Assembly (NCBI GenBank): GCA_002269645.1
Contig: NIVC01000275.1
Location: 1-64,000 of the forward strand
Direction of reading: 5' to 3'
Origin: Macrostomum lignano
Lineage: Eukaryota
DNA length: 64,000 nucleotides
The notes beneath the pieces were generated by a model. The model was not told the DNA's origin. It saw nothing but the letters and a program-made list of their open reading frames with translations, and did no database searches. Made by a program: the position numbers and the translations under genes. Numbering within the stretch: the stretch's first letter is position 1; each line of letters begins with the position of its first letter. Of this stretch, positions 55,730 to 64,000 are shown piece after piece.

Positions 55730-57099
55730 CTAGTCCTTCGGCTGGCTGCCCGAGGTTATAGGTTCGAGTCCGGCCAGCTCCAGCTGCAGTTCCCGCTCCC
55801 AATCATTGTAAACAATTTCAACGACATCATCACCGACCTCGGCCTCAAGAGCCTCTCTGGACGGCACTCGCTCAAAGCTATCGCTGCTGCAGGCTGACGA
55901 GCATTCAGAGGCCTCGGCAGGCGAATGCGCTCTCGCGTCCCTAGCAACAGTTGCTAGGGCTGGAGTGGATACTGAGAGCTGCGCGGAGCGGCGGATCACG
56001 CTAACCTGAGGTTGGGAAATGTCAACATTGTATCCAAATAAGGCTGGCCTAGCAGGGGACTCTGGGGGCTAGCAGGGGAAACTGGGGGCTAGCAAGGGAC
56101 TCTGGGGGCTAGCAAGGGACTCTGGGGGCTAGCAGGGGACACTGGGGGCTAGCAGGGGACACTGGGGGCTAGCAGGGGACACTGGGGGCTAGCAGGGGAC
56201 ACTATGGTGACTATCAGGGGACACTGGGGGCTAGCAGGGGACACTGGGGGCTAGCAGGGGACACTGGGGGCTAGCAGGGGACACTATGGTGACTATCAGG
56301 GGACACTGGGGGCTAGCAGGGGACACTGGGGGCTAGCAGGGGACACTGGGGGCTAGCAGGGGACACTGGGGGCTAGCAGGGGACACTGGGGGCTAGCAGG
56401 GGACACTATGGTGACTATCAGGGGACACTGGGGGCTAGCAGGGGACACTGGGGGCTAGCAGGGGACACTATGGTGACTATCAGGGGACACTGGGGGCTAG
56501 CAGGGGACACTGGGGGCTAGCAGGGGACACTGGGGGCTAGCAGGGCACATTGGGGGCTAGCAGGAGACATGGGTAGTGGGTAGCTACAGCATCACTTAAC
56601 AGGCATGAAAGAGGCACAGCCAGCCAGCAGCCAAGACTCAGCTCCATACCCTATAGAAATAATTCCTCCAGAACTGCTCCTCGGCCAGCCGCCTCGGCAC
56701 CAGCCTGAATCGCATCTGCCTGAGCGCCGGGTCGGCCTCCAGCGCGGCCATAGCCGATAGCAGTACCGGCTCCAAGCAGAACTCGAAGCCGCAGCTGGCA
56801 GGCGGTGGGCGGAGAAAATTGCGAGGATCCTCAGCCAGCGATAAAATCTGATTGCGCGGACCCGGCTCCAGGCCAGACCAGGGCGGCTCTGCAGCGGCCG
56901 AGGAGGCCAGAGAAGCTTGCTGTTGCTGCTGCTGCCCAGAGTCGGTGACGGCCATGGCAGCAGCGGCAGCGGCAGCCGCAGTAGAAGCCACAGCGTTGGT
57001 GGCCCGCCGGCCCAGACAGTAGAGTGTGGCGCCCCAGCTCTTGGCAGCACTGCCTAGACTGGCTTGGCGTGGACTATGCGCTGATGCGTCAGCTAGCAT
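55730..57099 (-). CDS. SYAP1: Synapse-associated protein 1 (BSD domain), copy 1; exons ~57099-56650 and 56005-55730
   Basis: EPPW..QILSLAEDPRNFLRPPP..MRFRLVPRRLAEEQFWRNYFYR|VSVIRRSAQL and C-terminal DWERELQLEL. Phase-0 GT-AG intron. Start codon uncertain; an upstream exon is possible. Confidence 0.85.
56040..56570. repeat. Intronic 20-bp repeat (ctagcaggggacactggggg)
   Basis: SYAP1 copy 1 intron. Confidence 0.95.
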
Positions 57100-59277
57100 G
57101 GCCAGAGTTGGCGTCTGGAAGAGCTCTGACTGAGTGATCAACAATTGAAAGTAGAGTTCCACTGTAACCAAAAATTTCCCATAATTTATCCATAGCTAAA
57201 TAATTATTTATTGTACAAAAATGGCTGGGACTGCATTTATCTTAACTTGAGTCACCAACCACCCCAACCACACAATTCACATGTGGCATTGAAAATCTGT
57301 TGCCTAAGTCCTCAACTTTTAGGACAAGAGAAGAGTTCATCTCATAAAAAGCTTTGAAACTTGCAAAGCATTTAGGTAAAGATGATATTTACTTGTCTAT
57401 TACACCTAAGATTTAGGATGCAATTGACCTTAACCTCTTTAAGGCAGTGAAGATATTTGTCACTTTGTTTCAGTTGGATAGGTCAAATTTAGGTCAATAG
57501 ACACTTTCTTTCTATTCAACCCTATATCGCTATTCTAGTTATAAAGACTATAGAGTGAAAGATTTTATACATACATGTATGTCAATGTCCTCTATTAGTT
57601 TAGAAGTGTTGGTGACAGACAAAAAAACACTTTTCTCTCTATGAAATAATCTGCAAAATTCCTAAGTTTTCTAAATGTCATGGGTTTCAGAAGACCTTAT
57701 CTAAATAAACTTTATTCATTGCAAGATTCAGATATGGTCTTGATTCCAAACTGTTAAGTCTAAACAAGTCTAACTTGGACTCCAAGGATAAGGCCAATTT
57801 CGAAGAAGAAAAAATTAAATTATAGAACAATAAGAAGCCTAGAATATTATATTTGAATATGATAACAATCAACTACATCCATGTATTAAATTTCTAGGAA
57901 CAAATGGTTGCAATTCATCCTGGAATCTACCAGATCAAGCTAATAAAAATGCATCTTTTATTGAGAAGTTCTTGACAGGCAACAATTTTTAGCGTATTTT
58001 GGACTACAAAAATGCGAGAGCTTGGAAAGAGCTTATGAATGTTTAAGAGCCAGATATGTTACCCAAGATAGTTTAATAGAAGGACTGTAGCCCAAATTAA
58101 ATTTGAAAATCTGTGGGTTTTTGTGCCTGCACAATATATAAGGCTAAATAAGAAGCCTAAATTGAATATTTACTAGTCAATTTTTTTCAATCACTTCTCA
58201 TATTTAAGCCAACCTTCCTGCCTTTTTTATAATTAGTTTAAAAATATCATAGGCTTTATATGATTCTATAATTGCAATGCCAAGAACCTAGATAATGCAA
58301 TTTATAAAAATTAACCTTTTTGCTTGTGCTTGAGGCTTAAAACCTTTGTCAAACCAACTACATACTTTGCTATCAAGTATCAACATTGGCAAAAGACTAA
58401 TACTATATAAAGGCAGTCAGATTTTAAGTAATATATCTTAAAATGGAGTAGATATTAAGGTATTAAGCTTTACTGCTTTTGTAAATCCAATAGTGGCTAT
58501 CTATAGAACCTAGCTATGTATTTTGTATATTAGTTGTCAAAAGAAAACTTAGAAGATTGGTATCAACCTCAATTGCAATGAGGTTATTATTGAGCTATCT
58601 CAAAACTTGCTCAACTTAGGCTATTATACCCTTTTAAATAGCTAGTTTGGCTCAAATTGCTTAGCCACTAGAGTAGGCCCTAGCATTTTGATAATAGCAT
58701 GACATATAAAGAAAGCATTAACAAGAATATATACTCAATAGCATAAAAGGTTGTCACTTTACCTTTGTATGTCTAATTATTTCTAGCTTAGCATTGACTT
58801 TGAATGATAAAACTTGTACCACATGACAGAGTTGGGCTAAATAAGAAAAAATTGAAGAGTAGATAGCAAAGATTAGATATATGGATTAAAGATTCTTTCT
58901 AGGCCTAGTTTTTATTTTTTAATCATTAATATAAAAAAAGAATGACTAGGTGTTAGACTCTAGTTGAAGGATATTAGGGCAAAGGATAGCAACTTTTTAA
59001 TATTATTGAGTATATTCACTTGGCTACATTCTCAGTTAAGAAGAGCCCCACCTGCCTAGGCAGTGAATGAATAGTTGCTAAGTAATATATTGCTAGTTTT
59101 TTTTCAACAAATATTATTATTAGCTTATAAAGGCGTAAAGATAAAGGAAATTGCTGAGAAAAGCAAAGATCATTCTAGCTAAGTTGATAATAAAGACTTG
59201 ATCATTTAAAGTAGGCTTAGCACTCATCAAATAGTCTCCAAGATATAAAAGCATTTTGATAGTAAGGCAAAGGCAAA

Positions 59278-59774
59278 TAGGGATTGCAATCCTGGGATTC
59301 CAAAATCCTAGGATTGGGCCCAAATCCCAGGATTTCCAGTCCTAGGATTTGGGGTGTGAAATCCCAGGACTAATTTTTGTTATTGTTTTTATAAAAAGTG
59401 CTATAATATGAACATAATTGGGCCCACAACTAGTTTATTATACTGCACTAATTTCCATTAATTGCCTCATGTCGCATAGCACCTTTTTTAAACCCCGCAT
59501 TATAGATTTAAATGTGAAATTTATTCCTATATAAATTTTGATATATGATTTGCTTCTTTACTACTATTTAGTACTTTTACTTACTTAAATACATCACAAG
59601 ATAATGCTGTTTTTCATTTACAAAAAGATCATTATCTCTAGTACAATCAAAAATGGAAGCAAAAATATATTTAGTGCATATTTTGCCTTGTAATTTCAAC
59701 CCAAAAGCTTAAAAATCTGTATTTTTTCAGATCCTAATCCTAGGATCACAAAAAACTGGTATTTTGCAATCCCA
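59278..59774. mobile_element. hAT-type MITE, ~497 bp, with subterminal atcctaggat/atcccaggat motifs
   Basis: TIR TAGGGATTGCAA / TTGCAATCCC(-)A; 8-bp TSD AAGGCAAA at 59270-59277 and 59775-59782. Confidence 0.75.
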
Positions 59775-59924
59775 AAGGCAAATATAGGCCTAAGCTAAGG
59801 CCTAATCAAGAGAACATCAATAAGAAAGAAAAATAGAAAGTACATAAAGAATATAAGGAACAATCAAATTGATATAACATGGAACTGGAAGCATACATAT
59901 AAGATGCTTACTATCAGTAGCGCA

Positions 59925-62566
59925 CTGGGTTTTTTTTTCGCCAGAGACAAGGTGCAAAATTGCACCTTGTGCCAAATTTCAAGGTGCGATTTTAAGGCTC
60001 AGAGTGCAATTTCTCTTGAGTCTTGTTTCAGACAACTGGGAATGTATAGATATGTCTTATGTCTATACATCTTTGTACAAAGAATGCCTTGACCTCTTGT
60101 CTGTTATCTCGTCTTCAGATCGCTGCTTTGATAAATAGTAACATGATGAAAAATACTATAACAAAGAAGTTGCTACTTTGTATCAATTCTCCCATTTTTT
60201 CATTTCAGAATAAGCCTTCAGCTTGGAAAGCTTCGTGTTCAAGAGTTCTGGAGACAGGCTTCAACAGGCTGGCTTACCTACATCCATTCCTCTTGGATAA
60301 CATGGAAGTGGGCCTGGTGGGACCAGAATTGGATTCAGCATAGCATAGATAAACAGCATATCATTATCAATTGGATTGACACAGCTCAAGCTGACTGAGT
60401 GGCAGATCTACTGTTACATTTTACACGCAATGCTGTGTTGCACAGTGCACTATTGAAAATATACTCTTACGCATTAAAAGAATGTTTTCCAGCTACATTT
60501 GCAATGGAAAAGAAATAAAAAATGTAGAATTTACCATCTAACAATTTTAACAGTCAATATTTTTCCTGCTATTCTGCCTTTTTATTTACCTAATGGATGT
60601 TGAATTTAATAAAAATTCTACTATACGTCTATGCGGTTTAAGGCGCTAGTAAATTATGTACGCAGCAAAACTCTAGCTAGCTATAGAGTAAATTCTAATC
60701 GAACAGTGCAAGTTCGAACAAAATTGGTCCAGCCATTTTTTCTCTAATCGATCACATAGATAGATAGATAGATAGACACAGACAGACCATTTTTAGTATA
60801 TAGGATATGTAGTCGTGGATGATAGATAGTTCCAATCCAACTACCAACACTGTGACAACTAGACTAAAAATGAAAGTTAAAGGTAAAAAGTCAAAGCATT
60901 GAAGAGATGGATGATGCTTTAATTTGCAAACCTTGAGTTGGAGTTAGAACTCCTGAAGATAATCGAAGAAATTGAAGCAAAAAGACTACTTTTCAAGGAA
61001 TACATGATCATTGAGCAGAGTCACTGACTCACTGTGTAGACAATTAGGGAGACACTAGCAATCTAGTGCCCACTTCGGTGCACCCAATAAGTAAGGGACA
61101 AAATTATTTATGTAAATCCTATTTGCCTTGACTCCGATGCAATTCTCCCCGAAAGCCTTGACATAGCCTTGACTTGCTTTTGCTGAATACTAATTTAGCT
61201 TTTGTATTATTGTTTTTGTTTGCATTTAAATAAACATATATATTGGGTATGTATTATATATTATGTGAATTATTGATTACATATTAAATATCACTTAAAA
61301 AACAATCTAAAAATAAAAATAAAAATATTATAGACTAAACAAGGCTATATGTATATCAAATCTGGCATTAAAACAATTAAAGACATTATTATTAATACAT
61401 AAAGACATTCTATGTCTAGTTTAATAAAAGGTTTTTAGATTATAACAATATAAGATAGATTAGTTTGTAGTTGATTTGTTATATTATTATTATTATATTA
61501 AAATATACTAAAAATACTAATACTTTTTTGTCCAAGTCTAGGGCCCACTTTAATTTACTATAAGCCATAGCCCATAACTATACTATATACATACTCAAAG
61601 TATATAATATATAATAATCTATCTATTAGTATAAATATTAGTATGTATGTATACTATTAGTATTATAATATTATTGTACATACATAGGCCTAGCATAGAC
61701 ATAATATAGTACAGTTAAATAGTTATTTAAATATATTTTTTTAATTTTACTGTTACAATTATTTTACAATAATTTTATATAATATAATTGTAAATAATTA
61801 CTTATACTAAAAAAAAAAATAAAGTAAATGTAATTTGGCCCTATTGCCTACTCAAACATTTTTGCAATAGAAGCTCACTCGCCTTACTGATTATGTTATC
61901 TAGACTCTAACAGCCTTTTTGACTTATAATTTATCATTGATAACTTTTTAACTTATAACTACCTACTACACAAACAATAGAAATTGGCATTAGTCCTTAT
62001 AGATGGTCTATATCTATTGATTTTATATATCTATTCTAGGCCTATTGATTATCTATGAGTCTATGACTATGATTTAATTGTATATATAAGCCTTAGGCTA
62101 TTAGATTATGAATATGATAAATTTTATGAACTTGAATTTAATACTTTACTTCAGTAGAGCTTATGATTAGATAGACCTTTAGATTCTTATAATTTGCATT
62201 TGTATTATATCTATAGATTATATATACAAGTACAACTAAATAAACACAAGGCTACCGCTTAACTCATACTTAACATTCTAAGAAAGAGTGAAGACTCTGA
62301 AGAGTCAAGAGTGAAGATGTCAAAATAAAAAAGTTGAAGTTTAATGTTTATACTAATATACTAGATAAATTAAAATTATCATCATTCATCATTGATTAAA
62401 AAGGCCAAATTTAATGTGATCAAAGATCAAATGATTTTTATATAACTTTTCATATATTATAATATCTTACAGACCGCACCTAAACCGCACCTACTTTTTT
62501 AATTTCAGGGTGCGATTTTAAAATTTAGGGTGCATACGCACACTCTGCGCACAAAAAAAAACCCTG
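59925..62566. mobile_element. 2642-bp non-autonomous hAT-type element
   Basis: Perfect 8-bp TSD GTAGCGCA at 59917-59924 and 62567-62574. TIR CTGGGTTTTTTTT / AAAAAAAACCCTG and subterminal ggtgcg motifs. No transposase ORF. Confidence 0.85.
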
Positions 62567-62863
62567 GTAGCGCAACCATAAATTTTTTGAGGGGGGGGGG
62601 CAGATTCTGGAGGGTAAAGTCCCAGGAGGGGAGGCAAAAAGGTGGCTTTGTTTTTGGCAAAAAATTGCTTGGCCTATCTATTTTTTGGGTCTTTGCCTAA
62701 GGGGGGGACTGCCATTTAGTAGTAGTAGTAAGAGAATTTGGCTCAGGCTTTTGGCTTTCGCTATTTATTATTGAGCTATATACGAAAAAAAAATTATTAG
62801 TGTCTTTGATTGGCAAAGACAGGATTAGATCGAGTTTCAGCAGAAGCACAGGCACAGACTGAA

Positions 62864-64000
62864 CTAGTCCTTCGGCTGGCTGCCCAAGGTTATAGGTTCG
62901 AGTCCGGCCAGCTCCAGCTGCAGTTCCCGCTCCCAATCATTGTAAACAATTTCAACGACATCATCACCGACCTCGGCCTCAAGAGCCTCTCTGGACGGCA
63001 CTCGCTCAAAGCTATCGCTGCTGCAGGCTGACGAGCATTCAGAGGCCTCGGCAGGCGAATGCGCTCTCGCTTCCCTAGCAACAGTTGCTAGGGCTGGAGT
63101 GGATACTGAGAGCTGCGCGGAGCGGCGGATCACGCTAACCTGAGGTTGGGAAATGTTAACATTGTTTCCAAATACGGCTGGCCTAGCAGGGGACTCTGGG
63201 GAGCTAGCAGGGGACACTGGGGGCTAGCAGGGGACACTGGGGGGCTAGCAGGGGACTCTGGGGGCTAGCAGGGGACTCTGGGGGCTAGCAGGGGACTCTG
63301 GGGGCTAGCAGGGGACTCTGGGGGGCTAGCAGGAGACTCTGGGGGCTAGCAGGGGACTCTGGGGGCTAGCAGGGGACTCTGGGGGCTAGCAGGGAACACT
63401 GGGGGGCTAGCAGGGGACTCTTGGGGCTAGCAGGGGACACTGGGGGGCTAGCAGGGGACACTGGGGGCTAGCAGGGACACTGGGGGGCTAGCAGGGGACA
63501 CTATGGCGGCTAGCAGGGGACACTTTGGCGACTAGCAGGGGACTCTGGGGGCTAGCAGGGCACATTGGGGGCTAGCAGGAGACATGGGTAGTGGGTAGCT
63601 ACAGCATCACTTAACAGGCATGAAAGAGGCACAGCCAGCCAGCAGCCAAGACTCAGCTCCATACCCTATAGAAATAATTCCTCCAGAACTGCTCCTCGGC
63701 CAGCCGCCTCGGCACCAGCCTGAATCGCATCTGCCTGAGCGCCGGGTCGGCCTCCAGCGCGGCCATAGCCGATGGCAGTACCGGCTCCAAGCAGAACTCG
63801 AAGCCGCAGCTGGCAGGCGGTGGGCGGAGAAAATTGCGAGGATCCTCAGCCAGCGATAAAATCTGATTGCGCGGACCCGGCTCCAGGCCAGACCAGGGCG
63901 GCTCTGCAGCGGCCGAGGAGGCCAGAGAAGCTTGCTGTTGCTGCTGCTGCTGCCCAGAGTCGGTGACGGCCATGGCAGCAGCGGCAGCGGCAGCCGCAGT
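62864..64000 (-). CDS. SYAP1: SYAP1 copy 2 (5' end outside the window); exons >64000-63665 and 63139-62864
   Basis: Near-identical to copy 1 with the same intron position. Confidence 0.85.
63180..63585. repeat. Intronic 20-21-bp repeat (ctagcaggggactctgggggg)
   Basis: SYAP1 copy 2 intron; the variant mix differs from copy 1. Confidence 0.95.

Overview
Eukaryotic (metazoan) genomic DNA. GC-rich spliced exons, a 15-45 bp tandem array in most introns, and CpG-poor AT-rich blocks suggest a free-living flatworm such as Macrostomum; this is inference only. Genes reconstructed by hand from GT-AG junctions and reading frame: a RING-finger C-terminal exon (+), a PQ-loop protein SLC66A2/PQLC1 (+), an MGNC-headed single-domain tyrosine phosphatase with non-canonical catalytic loops (+), a highly divergent atypical E2F7/8-like gene with two degenerate DNA-binding domains (-), EFHC1 (+, 10 exons), an intronless PAN/apple + C-type lectin (+), TMEM120 (+, 6 exons) and two tandem copies of SYAP1 (-). 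Several non-autonomous DNA transposons have visible TIRs, three with clean TSDs, and a nested stack sits in TMEM120 intron 1. No rRNA, tRNA or CRISPR array was seen. Four single-base losses in G/C runs inside genes look like long-read consensus errors. The most unusual signals are a CpA->TpA (RIP-like) substitution bias inside the CpG-depleted blocks, the E2F7/8-like protein lacking the RRxYD tyrosine in both domains, the atypical lipid-anchored PTP, and a duplicated palindromic CCAAT-Ebox-CCAAT cassette. Array boundaries are approximate.
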